A stretch of 64,000 nucleotides of DNA. Origin: a virus. The position numbers were made by a program, and so were the translations under genes. The DNA lies in IMG/VR virus record IMGVR_UViG_3300012890_000005; one strand, given 5' to 3'. The notes beneath the pieces were generated by a model. The model made no database searches. It saw nothing but the letters and a program-made list of their open reading frames with translations, and was not told the origin of the DNA. Positions 52,302 to 63,447 of the stretch are shown one piece after another. The stretch's first letter is position 1. Each line of letters begins with the position of its first letter.

Positions 52302-54050
52302 ATGTCTTCAATCCAGTTATATCCATATCAGTTACAACACGTGGAGAGAATTGAGAAAATACTCACTACGAACAAAAGCTTTTTCGCCATTGATACTAGT
52401 TGTTTAGGTTCTGGGAAAACGCCGTGTGCTTGCTACCTGGGAAAAAAATTCTTCAAACATGTTATTGTGATTGCACCGAAGAGCACCATTACACAATGGG
52501 AAAAATGGAGAGACGTTGGTGAGGTACCTATCCGCGAAATCCTTACCTATGCAAGTCTCCGAGGTCGAAAGCATCAGAAAGTCATGAACAATGGGATCTT
52601 GTTACGAAATGATTACCAAGAAGAAATTGTTCAAAAAAAGGCGGACACTACTATCAAGTTCATGGAAAGAGTGGAGTATGCTGTGAGCGATGCTTATCAA
52701 ACGTATGTCAATGAGGGCTTGTTGTTGATTATTGATGAGTTTCAAAATATCAAAAACAATAGCTTACAACAATTGGCATGTCAGACACTCATTCGCGCTA
52801 TCGAAAAAGAAGATTTACAAGTACAAATACCACTTCAGCAACTATCTCTTGATAATGGTGTCGACAACGAGACAGCCAAAAACACATCACTTCAGAGCAA
52901 GCTTTTATTATTGTCCGGAAGTCCAATCGATAAACAATCACAAACAATTACTTTCTTCCGAACTATTGGCGTTTACACCAAAGATAAGATAGCTTCCTAT
53001 AATCCATATACTCGGATCTTACAATGGCACAATGATGGAATGGGACAGATCGTTGATTATTGTCATCACCTCGATCAGCATACTACAAAATCAATCATGT
53101 TCCCCACTGGCAAATCATCCCGCGGTTTTGGTCATCTCCCATCGAGACTTCGTACCGAACAGGATTTGATTCCTTTGATATATGATCTGTTCCAGAAAGT
53201 CGTCAAGGAACATGTTTCCTCTTTTGCCGTAGTGGATTTAGAGGAATCAGCCAAAGTAACATTGGAAAGATTCAACGCTTTTTATAGTATCGAAGCACCG
53301 GAAGATTGTACACACCTTCGCAACGGCGTGAAAGCATTAGCGAGTTCTGTGAGTTACGACCATAAAAACGATACAGTAAGCTACGGTGCGAACTCTGTAG
53401 GTGTATTCGGTGATATTACGAAAGCTTTGATGCAAATCGAACGAGCGAAAATCTCTACATTTGCACGAATTGTATGCGAACGCTATCACCAATTTCCAAG
53501 GGAGAAAATCGTCATTTGTTTAAACTATATCAACAACGTTGACATTCTGAGAGATTCTTTGCAAGAAGCCTCCATTGAAAGCTTGATCATGATGGGCTCC
53601 ACATCCACCATTCATCGCGGCAAGATTCTAGACCGTTTTCTTGCACACGATGAGTCGAATCTGAATCAGGATCGCGTCCTTATTGGCAATATGGGTATCT
53701 TATCGACAGGTATTGATTTACACGATGTTATCGGAACACGGAGAAGATTTTGTTTAGTGTCACCAAATTTCCGATGTTTGGATCTATACCAACTGAGTTA
53801 TCGATTCTTACGACAGAACACAAAGTCAGGCTCTCTTGTTCATATTGTTTATGGAGCAGAAGAAGATTGTCAAGAGGTCAAGATTCTTAACGCGATAGCA
53901 AAGAAAGGAGCAATCCTAAAAGATACAACAGGCGAGCAAAATGCGAATATGTTGTTTCCCAATGAGTATGCGGATTGGTATGAAGATGAAACAGCCAAAG
54001 AAAAGTCTCAAATTCATCACAGCAAAGGTCGGCGCGTTCTTCCGTTCTAG
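52302..54050 (+). CDS. SF2 DExx helicase
   Basis: LYPYQ, LGSGKT, IIDEFQ, LSGSP, GIDLHD, YQLSYRFLR. Confidence 0.85.
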   Translation: MSSIQLYPYQLQHVERIEKILTTNKSFFAIDTSCLGSGKTPCACYLGKKFFKHVIVIAPKSTITQWEKWRDVGEVPIREILTYASLRGRKHQKVMNNGILLRNDYQEEIVQKKADTTIKFMERVEYAVSDAYQTYVNEGLLLIIDEFQNIKNNSLQQLACQTLIRAIEKEDLQVQIPLQQLSLDNGVDNETAKNTSLQSKLLLLSGSPIDKQSQTITFFRTIGVYTKDKIASYNPYTRILQWHNDGMGQIVDYCHHLDQHTTKSIMFPTGKSSRGFGHLPSRLRTEQDLIPLIYDLFQKVVKEHVSSFAVVDLEESAKVTLERFNAFYSIEAPEDCTHLRNGVKALASSVSYDHKNDTVSYGANSVGVFGDITKALMQIERAKISTFARIVCERYHQFPREKIVICLNYINNVDILRDSLQEASIESLIMMGSTSTIHRGKILDRFLAHDESNLNQDRVLIGNMGILSTGIDLHDVIGTRRRFCLVSPNFRCLDLYQLSYRFLRQNTKSGSLVHIVYGAEEDCQEVKILNAIAKKGAILKDTTGEQNANMLFPNEYADWYEDETAKEKSQIHHSKGRRVLPF

Positions 54051-54243
54051 CTTGTTTATTGGTAAGCGATATATAGAATAGATCGTTCTGATACATTTAT
54101 CCCATTCTTATCTTTTTGCAGAAAAAGCTCGTGAGATCGGAAAAGAAGAAACTTTTATTCGATCAGTCCAAACTTTTCAGTTATGTATTATCGTTTTTTT
54201 TGACACATCATTTAGTCAAATTATTCCATATTCAGTTTTCCTA

Positions 54244-54909
54244 TTATACTAATGTGTAGTCCAGTTTCACCTCGATATATATTGAACCTGCTATGAAATG
54301 AAGAGCTGTCCCTGCATTTGATGTGGATACATAACTTCCTTGTACCGAAGTGGTAGTTCCCCCATACAATAATGGAGCTACATAGGTTCCAGCCGGAAAT
54401 ATACCACTGTAACTCAATCCAGATTCATTAATATTAATAAACGATGTGGTAGCTAATTGCGCGGCTGGTTGTGAAATCAGTGCATTTGCTGAACCAGTTG
54501 TGGATCCACTTACAGGTGTGGTGTTGTAACTTTTAGCCGTTGAATTCGCTGCTGGCCATCCAGGAGTAGATACTGCCACTAACCTCCATTCGTACCCAAT
54601 ACCATTTGCTACATTACATCCATTTACATACTGTGTACATATATTGAATGTGTAACGTCCATTTTTCGGTAAATAGAATAGACCTGTTGTCTGATTGAAA
54701 CTTAATGTGGAGGAGTTTTGAGTATTTGATACAGCACAATTCAGAGAAGGACATGCGTCAGTTGCAAGATTCAACGTAGCGTTTGTCAAATATTGCCAGT
54801 TCGGCACAGGTACAAAATCGTTTGTATTGTAAAATCTTCCATGAATTTCATTTATCACAGTTTTACTTGGTTGAAAGCCACTAAAAGATGCGAGAGATAT
54901 GGATGACAT
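54244..54909 (-). CDS. C1q/TNF-like beta-sandwich protein, probably virion surface
   Basis: FNQTTGLFYLPKNGRYTF; MSSISL start. Confidence 0.5.
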   Translation of the reverse strand: MSSISLASFSGFQPSKTVINEIHGRFYNTNDFVPVPNWQYLTNATLNLATDACPSLNCAVSNTQNSSTLSFNQTTGLFYLPKNGRYTFNICTQYVNGCNVANGIGYEWRLVAVSTPGWPAANSTAKSYNTTPVSGSTTGSANALISQPAAQLATTSFININESGLSYSGIFPAGTYVAPLLYGGTTTSVQGSYVSTSNAGTALHFIAGSIYIEVKLDYTLV

Positions 54910-55161
54910 TATAATTGAACTGATGCTTGTTTTAATTATTCATATTTGGTATTATTATTTACATTCATCTGTCGAACAATAAAGTCATCCACAAAACTTT
55001 ACCTTGACGATGTGGATGACATTCTATGCAATTCGATCACTTCCACCGCATATCTTGTAGATATCGATCATTCATGTGGTAGCAATACACGTGCTACACG
55101 GATAATTTTGAACTTAATAAGACTTTTGAGAATAATTTATATTGGATGTATTTGTTTGATA

Positions 55162-55734
55162 TTACAAGACGTCCTCTGTCAACATTATGTGTCTTCTGTT
55201 TTGATAATCCTTAAGTCTAGAATTGTCTGATATGCTTTGCCACCAAAACAAGCGTTTGTACTGAGATCTTAAAGCAAAATCGATGACACCACCTCCACTT
55301 TCCTCGGTGAGATAGAGGGATTGACATAAAAACAATACGTCAAAATAGATCGCTTCATCTACCGGTTCGTGTGAATGCGCACAACTGTTACGCAACAATC
55401 GTAAGTTCACAATTTGCATATATTCCATATCTTCATTCCCACCGTGTACTGGTAAAGTGCCGATATTGGAGATGACATATAAATCAGCGGCCTCCTTTAG
55501 AGTCATGACTAGTAGAGTTTTCTCCCCCTTTTGATAAAATGAATACATATCCTGATATATTCGCATATCTGTCACTTCGGCATTATGCAAAGCATCGGTC
55601 CAAGATACGACTTGGAGATTTTTGATCCATATCCTTTGGGGTATGAGATAGCAATTGTCTTGCTCGTGTGTTTTGTTTATCTCTTGAGAATTGCGTTCAC
55701 AAAGCTCGGAATGGTAACGTAATGTACAAGTCAT
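55162..55734 (-). CDS. Hypothetical protein
   Basis: ATG 55734; CTGCAG about 86 nt upstream. Confidence 0.55.
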   Translation of the reverse strand: MTCTLRYHSELCERNSQEINKTHEQDNCYLIPQRIWIKNLQVVSWTDALHNAEVTDMRIYQDMYSFYQKGEKTLLVMTLKEAADLYVISNIGTLPVHGGNEDMEYMQIVNLRLLRNSCAHSHEPVDEAIYFDVLFLCQSLYLTEESGGGVIDFALRSQYKRLFWWQSISDNSRLKDYQNRRHIMLTEDVL

Positions 55735-55864
55735 TTGTTTTGAAGCAATGATGAACAATGAGAACAGAGATGAATGAAGTGTTTGTTTTTATTTATTTTG
55801 AGTGAGCTGGAACCACCGTCTGCAGAAAAATAAGAAGTACACGAAGTATAAAATAATTACAACC

Positions 55865-56296
55865 TTAGCTTAGGGAGGAACCCATTCTGGTAATATTGAT
55901 GGTAGTGTGGTCTTGTTGATTTAACCATTTTCTTGCCTGGATTGCATCGTTTTTTGATTTTGCATGAGAGAATAATCTATCGATTGCCTCTGTCCAATAA
56001 ATATACAGACTCAACGAACTGTCAACAATTCTCCATCCGTTTTGTCGGATCAATGATTTTTTTCGTATGATTGTCTCGTTTGATTGCATATGAACGATTT
56101 TCAGAACTTTGTACTTATACTCTGTCAATAGTGCCATAATGATACTCGTCGCAGTCGTAACAGAATTAGCAGCGTGTGGTATTTGATCCTGACTTAACAC
56201 AAAGTGCCCCGATTTTTCGCTTGGGAATACATCGCACACTGCGATCTCATCAAGGAATATCTGATAATGCGTGTGCTCGTACCACCGCAAGCCCAT
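55865..56296 (-). CDS. Hypothetical protein
   Basis: 143-aa ATG ORF. Confidence 0.5.
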   Translation of the reverse strand: MGLRWYEHTHYQIFLDEIAVCDVFPSEKSGHFVLSQDQIPHAANSVTTATSIIMALLTEYKYKVLKIVHMQSNETIIRKKSLIRQNGWRIVDSSLSLYIYWTEAIDRLFSHAKSKNDAIQARKWLNQQDHTTINITRMGSSLS

Positions 56297-56479
56297 TTTG
56301 CTCTTGCTCCTTAAGGTGTTGAGTGGTATTTTATCTTGGACCCAAGTACAATGATAAAAATTTGACGCAAATGGAAACTGACTTCAGGAGGGAATGAAAA
56401 GCTGCAGCTGCTAAACGAAGTAATAAATCAAAAAAGCTTTGGAAAAGAAATTATAGAAGTTTGGGCGGAGTAAAGATTA

Positions 56480-57217
56480 TCAGAAGTCATATTTGCTGAC
56501 GGGTATTTTGTGATATTCGTTCCATTTTTCAAACGTCGGAACCGTTTCGCCAATCGAGCCATTCATGTGGTACAACGCCGGCCAACCGTCTATTTTAGTT
56601 TGAAAACGTAACATTTCAGTATCGAATCTGAGACCCTTCATGTCACCTGCCATTGCATAAAAGAGGTAGTGCTTAGTATCGAGTTTGATATCGACATCGA
56701 TCGTTTTATTTTCTTGGATATTCAAAAAGGCGTCGGTATGATAACCTTGATCGTCGGTCTCCATTGTATATGGGTAGTGATCAAATATTTGGAGAATTTT
56801 TCCAGCGTATCCAATAATTCCTCCAGAGTTGAGATATCGCCAACGATCCCCGCTATTTTGTGGTACTAACTCGTCATATCTTTGCCAGATCTCTGGTTTT
56901 GGGTGGCAAAATACTTCCGCATTATACACTAAATCTGACTGAAAATGTAAAAACTTCTCGATGATCTCTTCTTTGGGAGCTAACGGCAAAAAATCAAAAG
57001 AGTCGGATAACAGAACGATGGTATTGGGATCAAGACCTTTTAACGCTTTGTGATACAACGCAGTTTTGACCGAGAAATTCCTTCCCCACTCAGTCAAATT
57101 CTGATCATGCTTACCTAATAATGTAATGTTCAAATCAAAATGTTTGGAAAGACTCATCAGAATATCTAGATTAGGATGATATTTGGTTGCGACACTGAAG
57201 TATTTGAAATCAGTCAT
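56480..57217 (-). CDS. PLOD/LH3-type glycosyltransferase domain protein
   Basis: LSDSFD, AEVFCHP, YLNSGGIIGYA, DDQ, LDT...F, HMNG. Confidence 0.85.
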   Translation of the reverse strand: MTDFKYFSVATKYHPNLDILMSLSKHFDLNITLLGKHDQNLTEWGRNFSVKTALYHKALKGLDPNTIVLLSDSFDFLPLAPKEEIIEKFLHFQSDLVYNAEVFCHPKPEIWQRYDELVPQNSGDRWRYLNSGGIIGYAGKILQIFDHYPYTMETDDQGYHTDAFLNIQENKTIDVDIKLDTKHYLFYAMAGDMKGLRFDTEMLRFQTKIDGWPALYHMNGSIGETVPTFEKWNEYHKIPVSKYDF

Positions 57218-57304
57218 CTTTTATTCCTTTATAAACATTTTTATTCTTTGATATTCCACAGATTATTTTCCGTAAATACCTAATTCAGTATAAGAGATAG
57301 TTCA

Positions 57305-57727
57305 TCAATCCAACGACGGAGGTACAAGACGATACATATATTGTTGGTACGTAGACCACGCGTCCCATTCTTGTTGACTCAACCTAAATCCGTAATCCGT
57401 TACGGTATCAACAGCAATACAAATACTCTCAAACCAATTGGACAGGTAGGGATGCAAACGATCATTGACAAGCAATGTTGATGTGCTCATATTTTGCCGT
57501 TCCCAAGATTCTAACTCGGAAACAAGTTGTGGAGAAAAAGTAGATCTGACCGGTAAATGTGCAAGTTTCAGAATCAAATAAGTGTATCTTTCAATATCAG
57601 TACATGTCTCCCAAAGCCCTTGAACCCTGAATCCAGAAAGAAACGACAAATTCGGGACTTGAGTTTGTTGTGACATTGTGTAAATTGCTGGTAACAATGA
57701 AAACAAGAAGATGATATCGAATCTCAT
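57305..57727 (-). CDS. Hypothetical protein with signal-peptide-like leader
   Basis: MRFDIIFLFSLLPAIYT. Confidence 0.5.
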   Translation of the reverse strand: MRFDIIFLFSLLPAIYTMSQQTQVPNLSFLSGFRVQGLWETCTDIERYTYLILKLAHLPVRSTFSPQLVSELESWERQNMSTSTLLVNDRLHPYLSNWFESICIAVDTVTDYGFRLSQQEWDAWSTYQQYMYRLVPPSLD

Positions 57728-57850
57728 TTTGCTCTTTTCTATACAAATCCTACATCTTGTAAATCATTCAACAATTTAGATGCGTTATTTATTCGAAAGA
57801 AATGAGCTAAACAAGAAAACCGGAAGAAGTTTTTATACAGAAAACCGACT

Positions 57851-58093
57851 TTATTTATTGATCCACTCTTTCACCTTGTTTTTTCCCTCTTCCATTTTGT
57901 TTGTCACGGTATCCTTCGCATCTTCCATCTTATCTTTGGCTGTATTCTTGGTATCTTCCATCTTATCTTTACTTGTATCCTTAACGTCGCTCGCCTTTTC
58001 CTTCATCTCGTCTGTTTTGTTTCCTGCCATGTCTTGGAGGTCCTTTGCTTTATCTGCTACTGTTGTGGTTTGTGTAGAGGCGTCGTTGGGCAT
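57851..58093 (-). CDS. Group 3 LEA-like hydrophilin
   Basis: 11-mer repeats (KDKMEDTKNTA, KDKMEDAKDTV). Confidence 0.7.
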   Translation of the reverse strand: MPNDASTQTTTVADKAKDLQDMAGNKTDEMKEKASDVKDTSKDKMEDTKNTAKDKMEDAKDTVTNKMEEGKNKVKEWINK

Positions 58094-58142
58094 GATGGAT
58101 GCGAATGTTAGGATTGCCTTGGTTCAGGAAGGAAGCGCGCCC

Positions 58143-58150
58143 CTTTTATA
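58143..58150 (-). promoter_or_regulatory. TATA box (TATAAAAG) upstream of the LEA-like gene
   Basis: Canonical TATAAAAG about 50 nt before the ATG, with CTGCAG at 58169. Confidence 0.45.
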
Positions 58151-58297
58151 TGGCTTTATCGCTTAATGCTGCAGCTAAAGATCAGAAGTTTTTTTGCAAA
58201 CAGAAATCAGGAAATTTCTGCAGAAAAGATACTTTCATTCCGATCCGCTTCAAAAGCAAAAACTTTTACCTTGGTTTGTAGTCACCATACCACAAAC

Positions 58298-61200
58298 ATG
58301 GTTCATGTAAATAAAGGATACAATACCATTTGGTATTCGGGAAATGGTTCTCAGCAGGAAATGATGAAGAGAGCAAGGGAAATGCATCATGAAGCGCATA
58401 TCTGTTCAATCGATCCCAGATCAGGTTGGCGAAGTTACGGAAGTTATCGAAAGTGGTATGAGGCAATCGAAAGTCTACAGTTGTTGGGCGATCTCATCAA
58501 ACATTATTTCGAACTCATACCGGCCAATCAACCCTGTAAACCGTATTTCGATTTTGAATACATGTACGACAAAGATGAAGATCAAAAGGAAAACACAAAC
58601 GACAAGAAACAAAAGATCAGATACGGTGACATCAATGTACAAGATTTCTGCCCCAAAGTAGAAAAGATTCTATTACCAATCCTCATGAAAACGGTTGGTG
58701 TGGAGGAGACAAAATGGGAACACGAAACAGGATATAAGAAATGCTTTGTTTGGGCCAATAGCTCCACAACACAAAAGTTTTCTCTACATCTTATTATTCA
58801 CATCGTTATCAACGGCAAAATGTGGTTGGCACCCGACAGCACCATGGCGGGTTACATCAATGATCAGATGCTCAATGAAAGCGGTGAGATTGGTGAAGAA
58901 TTAGCAAAATATACAGACAGCGGCGTTTACACCAGGAATCGCTTGTTTCGAATGATTGGGAGCTGCAAGTATCAAAAACCTGGTGCAGTGTTGCATTTTC
59001 ACAACCAAGTGTTGTCGAGAGATACTTTTATGATGTCAACTGTTACATCTTTTCAATATGACGCCGAACCATGTGTGTTTCATATTCCAGAACACTACAA
59101 ACAAGGCAGAAATAATTTGAAACATAATCGCAAAAGGTTTATACAAATCGAGACCGAATTGGATTGCGATGCGGGTTACGTGGTCAAACGAATGGAAGAA
59201 TTAGTTCGCGAGAAAGTTCATCCTACCGTATATCTTACACAATCAATGGACTCGGAGGGAATAGTTCGCTTCAATTATGCCAATCGAGAAGAAAGATGCT
59301 ACACGAGCTGCATACATGAAGCAAATATGAACTTCAATTGTTCCGTCGACAAGGATTCTCTCGAAATCTATATGCATTGTTATAGCAGTCAATGTAAAAA
59401 AACACCCCGTTATTTGTTAGGGCCATTATACGACGAACAAAAAAATCCTTGGGACACTGTGACGACAAATGTGCATCAGAATTTTATATCAGACGGAATC
59501 ATGGACGAGAATCATATTGTCGGCAAAACGATAAAAGAATGGATCAATAAAAAGTTCACAACATGTGTTATCAAAAGCGGTATAGGGAAATCGGATTATT
59601 CTCATTGACTCATATCTAACCTTCATACGTATTTATCAGGTATGGGTACTGGAAAGACTGTCGCCCTCAGTAAGATCTTCGCTCTGGATGGAAGCTTGGT
59701 CAAGCCAGACGCGACCGTCTTGATGCTGGTGTATCGTCGAACTTTGTCGACTGAATTACACAGCAAAATGCATTCCTGTGGTTTTCAAAATTACCTAGAT
59801 CTAAAAACATCGGATCTCTATGACAAAAAGAAATATCCACGGATCATTTGTCAACTGGATAGTCTTGATCGACTTTGCGAATTTGAATTCGACATCCCCT
59901 CGTATCAGTATATCGTCATTGATGAAGTAGAATCAGTGCTCAATCATATCCAAGCCAAAACAATTGTACAACCGTACCACAAAATGATCAAGATATGTCT
60001 CATGTTGCAAGGAAAAACGAGTTTGGACGCAATGGAAAGCAATCGACCTTCTATCTTGCTTCTCGATGCATTGTATGGATCCAAATCCTATCTTCTCATC
60101 AAAGACCTCGGTTTGTCGCAGCGGGTATTACAGAACAACCACATCACTTTTGATTTACAAAGACAATTCACATTCAGCAACTGGAAATTAGAAGAATGGA
60201 TGGATATGATCATTGCCGATGTCTCTGCGGGGCTTAATATTATCGTTGTGACTCTTTCCAACGCAGTTGGGCAAGCCCTGAAAGATAAAGTTATGGAATG
60301 TTGTGAAGGACTTGAGGACGAATATACTCTAGCCGACGACTGCAACACAACGGTCAACAAAGTGTTATACTATTCAAGCAAGATGGACGACAAACGTAAA
60401 AAGGATTTTGCCCGGATCAATACGGTATGGGCGCGATGTCGGTTAGTGATATATAGTCCGACGATAGAAAGCGGTAAGAAAATGAAAGAGCAAAAAGTTC
60501 TATTGAGACCCATATACTCACTAGGAAAAATTGCTCTTTCTAGGAATCGATTTCAATTTACCGAAACACTTCACACGCGGCTATGGTTATGTGTGCGGCC
60601 ACAGCGCCTCCGCTCGGGCTCTTGCACAAATGTTTATGCGGGATCGAGGAAACGCTGAGCGAACGATTACTGTATGTGTAGGGAAAGGGATATCACTGCT
60701 ACCAGAACCCAAGTACCCAAGAGCGGTTGCCTCACGCTTGATCGAGAGAGCGTTGTGGATGAATCGGAAAGTAGCTCAGTTCGCCGATTATTTTGACGAT
60801 GTCGTCTCCACTATCCGTTCCCTGATGGGTCCGATTCCTCACGAACCGTTTTGGCCAGCTTTGAATACAATAGCTCGCGTTGAAGCGGAGCTAGTCAATT
60901 CCCAGCGACGCTTTTTGGACGAATTCCAATCTCTTGCGTTGCAAGCTGGACATTCGTATGAGTTTCGATTGTTGGATGGCAAATCAGAATACGTTGTTCC
61001 TACTTATACGAAAGACGCAGTCACGGATTCTGATTTTGTCTATCAGGCGACAGAGTTCCAATTATTGATTGATCGAGAGAAGAATAGTGAAGCTTCTTCC
61101 GAGGATAAGCATAAACTTGCTGTTTACAGATACATGAGTTATTGGCATGTGAAATGGGCCGATACAACATTTGTCGATTGTCATCCGATCTCGCTAGAAG

Positions 61201-61877
61201 ACAAGGCTAGATCCTTGTTGCGTTGCCTGGTTGGACATTCTGTGCAATATAGAGGGAATAACTTTGATAAGAAAAATGAAACTTTGGTAGCCGCTGGAAT
61301 GCTATACGAAGTCATGATGATTATAGGTTTCAAACACATATTTGACACAAATACGATCATAAACACAACCCGGATCTCTGATGGTATTATGAAGCAAATC
61401 AAACGATGTGAGCTGTTTGTCTCATATGGTGAAGCGTGTCGCTTGTTCGGATTTGAGGAAAAGAACAGCGTCAAGGCGACTCAGAAGAGGACAAATAAGT
61501 ATGAATGGGGCGGTAAGGATACTCTTCATTGTATTGGCATTGCGTTACGTCGCTGCAATCTCGATCTCGCTACTACTAGAAAGTATGTCACCATCAATGG
61601 CAAAAGAGAAGCATATAATTTATATCAGCTCACTAAAGAAAGTGTGGAGAAAGCCAGTGAAATGGTGCTTTTATCTCTACAGCAACAGTTCGTGCGAAAG
61701 TGGTCTGATGAAGTCAACGATGCTGTTCGACCTTTTTTGCTGGATGTGGAAAAGAACGGATACAAACATTATGCTAAATATTTAGTCGCAAGGGAGCCCA
61801 AAGTGAAAGTGGAAGCTACCAAGACAGTTGAGAACACAACTTCGTTGCTCGATACTCTTCAGCTTGAGGATGAATAA
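58298..61877 (+). CDS. Spliced AEP primase plus UL9/origin-binding-protein-like SF2 helicase; exons 58298-59579, 59640-60473, 60544-61877 (1149 aa)
   Basis: KPYFDFE, KFSLHL, DSGVYTRNR; splicing rebuilds IKSGMGTGKT and YSPTIESGIDF; YRRTL, QLDSL, IDEVES, QMFMRDR. Confidence 0.9.
59580..59639 (+). other. Spliceosomal intron (60 nt, phase 1)
   Basis: GTATAG...CTAAC (59616-59620)...ATCAG; contains the in-frame TGA. Confidence 0.9.
60474..60543 (+). other. Spliceosomal intron (70 nt, phase 1)
   Basis: GTAAGA...TACTCAC...CTTTCTAG; removal corrects the frame change. Confidence 0.9.
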
Positions 61878-62041
61878 AGAACATATATATTTTCTGCAGA
61901 AACTTTTTTTGTCATTGTCCTTTTCGCCGTTATCTACAAACAAAGCAGCGAGAATGCATGCGGAGGAGAGTGGAGACTAAAAACAAAAAAAACGAAAGAT
62001 GACAGAAAATAGAGTACGGTTGGAATCATCTTTATTTAGTT

Positions 62042-62659
62042 TTATGAACTTGATTGCAGACGCTCTCTACATTGTCTCAAAATGTCTTGGTAAAATGCTA
62101 CTTCTTCTCGGCAGCGAGTGGTATGGAGATATTGCTTCTGTAGAATATCGTGAAATTTTCTCACTCTTGAATGTAACTGCTCTGTATTTTTCATTTCATC
62201 ATTTGTGTGATTTTCATTCAAGAGACTGGCCTCATTTAGTTGAGCTGAATATTGTGCAAGCTCTTTTTCCATCATACTCAATTGTTGTTGGTTTGCGATA
62301 TCTACTAATTTATAATTATCATACACCTTTGTGATCCGCTCCGCCAAAGAAGATAGTTGAGTGTTGTCGTTGAGATTGTATTCAGGATATAACTTATCAA
62401 TCAAGTATCGCGCTTTATTCTTGGTCGGGGTAGGATCATCTCTGAGAATGTATTGACGGAATCGTATATCAGCGTATTTGTCGATGGTCTGTAATATCAT
62501 ACTTGGTTTCCATTTGTCAGACAATCGATCAATCAAATAAGTTAGATTCGTAACTGTTTGCAAGTTTTCGTTGGTGCTCTGATTTGATATTGATTCGAAG
62601 ATTTGCCGCAAATCGTGTTCAAATTGTTGTTCTATGTTCACATTGTTCACATTGTTCAT
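62042..62659 (-). CDS. Hypothetical coiled-coil protein
   Basis: NNV repeats at the start and a helical Q/E-rich C-terminus. Confidence 0.55.
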   Translation of the reverse strand: MNNVNNVNIEQQFEHDLRQIFESISNQSTNENLQTVTNLTYLIDRLSDKWKPSMILQTIDKYADIRFRQYILRDDPTPTKNKARYLIDKLYPEYNLNDNTQLSSLAERITKVYDNYKLVDIANQQQLSMMEKELAQYSAQLNEASLLNENHTNDEMKNTEQLHSRVRKFHDILQKQYLHTTRCREEVAFYQDILRQCRERLQSSS

Positions 62660-62836
62660 ATTGTTCACTTCATGAGACGGTCGAAGGAATTGTTTTCACA
62701 TTCTTTCAAGCTCGTATAGTTGAGACTTGAGCTGCAAAAGAAATTTCCAAGTCATGCTGCAGAGCAATTCGCGTTGTTGTAGATTTATTTTCGGATACTA
62801 CGTTACGTTTCACTTGGTGTCAGTCAATTCAACCAG

Positions 62837-63385
62837 ATGCCTCGCTGCGTTTTATGTGGCACGAAAGCTGTCCTGAAATGCGCTGATTGCAAGATCTCCT
62901 TTTATTGTCAAAAACAATGTCAGATCGAAGATTGGCCGCGACATCAAAGAGAATGTGTTAAAGTACAGACTGCGTCAGATCTCAAGGCAATTAAATTCAT
63001 ACACAGAAATCGGAAATATCTGGATCAAGCGATTGTACAACATCAGCTTCGAAGTGCTGACAAAGATCGGCTTCTCACCGTCACGATGCAAGTTGACGAG
63101 AATATTACTCGTGTCGAAGTAGTCAAGATTGAAAGCGAGCTCGTGGTAGATGATGAAGCACAGAGATCACACGCTCTTCGAGGATGGGAAATACGTATGA
63201 ACTTTCGACCATATGGATGTCACAGAGTACCCATCGACGATCATCATCTCGTATTGGAGGGAAAGGTGATTGACAAACACTGGAAGCAAACTCTCAAGAA
63301 TCAGCTTGAAAGCCAAAATAAGAAGCTTTCTGTAAAGAAGAAAACAGTCGAGTTTGCTCCTGAGTTCTGTACAGAATTGGAATAG
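62837..63385 (+). CDS. MYND zinc-finger protein
   Basis: CVLC..CADC..YCQKQCQIEDWPRHQREC. Confidence 0.85.
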   Translation: MPRCVLCGTKAVLKCADCKISFYCQKQCQIEDWPRHQRECVKVQTASDLKAIKFIHRNRKYLDQAIVQHQLRSADKDRLLTVTMQVDENITRVEVVKIESELVVDDEAQRSHALRGWEIRMNFRPYGCHRVPIDDHHLVLEGKVIDKHWKQTLKNQLESQNKKLSVKKKTVEFAPEFCTELE

Positions 63386-63447
63386 AATTTTTAACAATCA
63401 ACGAATATTTTAAATTTTTGAACTTGTGATAAAGTAAATACATACAG

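Noticed and set aside
58298..61877. Herpesvirus or mirusvirus assignment from the UL9-like gene, introns and telomeric repeat
   Set aside because: A16/G9-like, D5 and D6/D11-like genes favour Nucleocytoviricota; no capsid gene is present to settle it.
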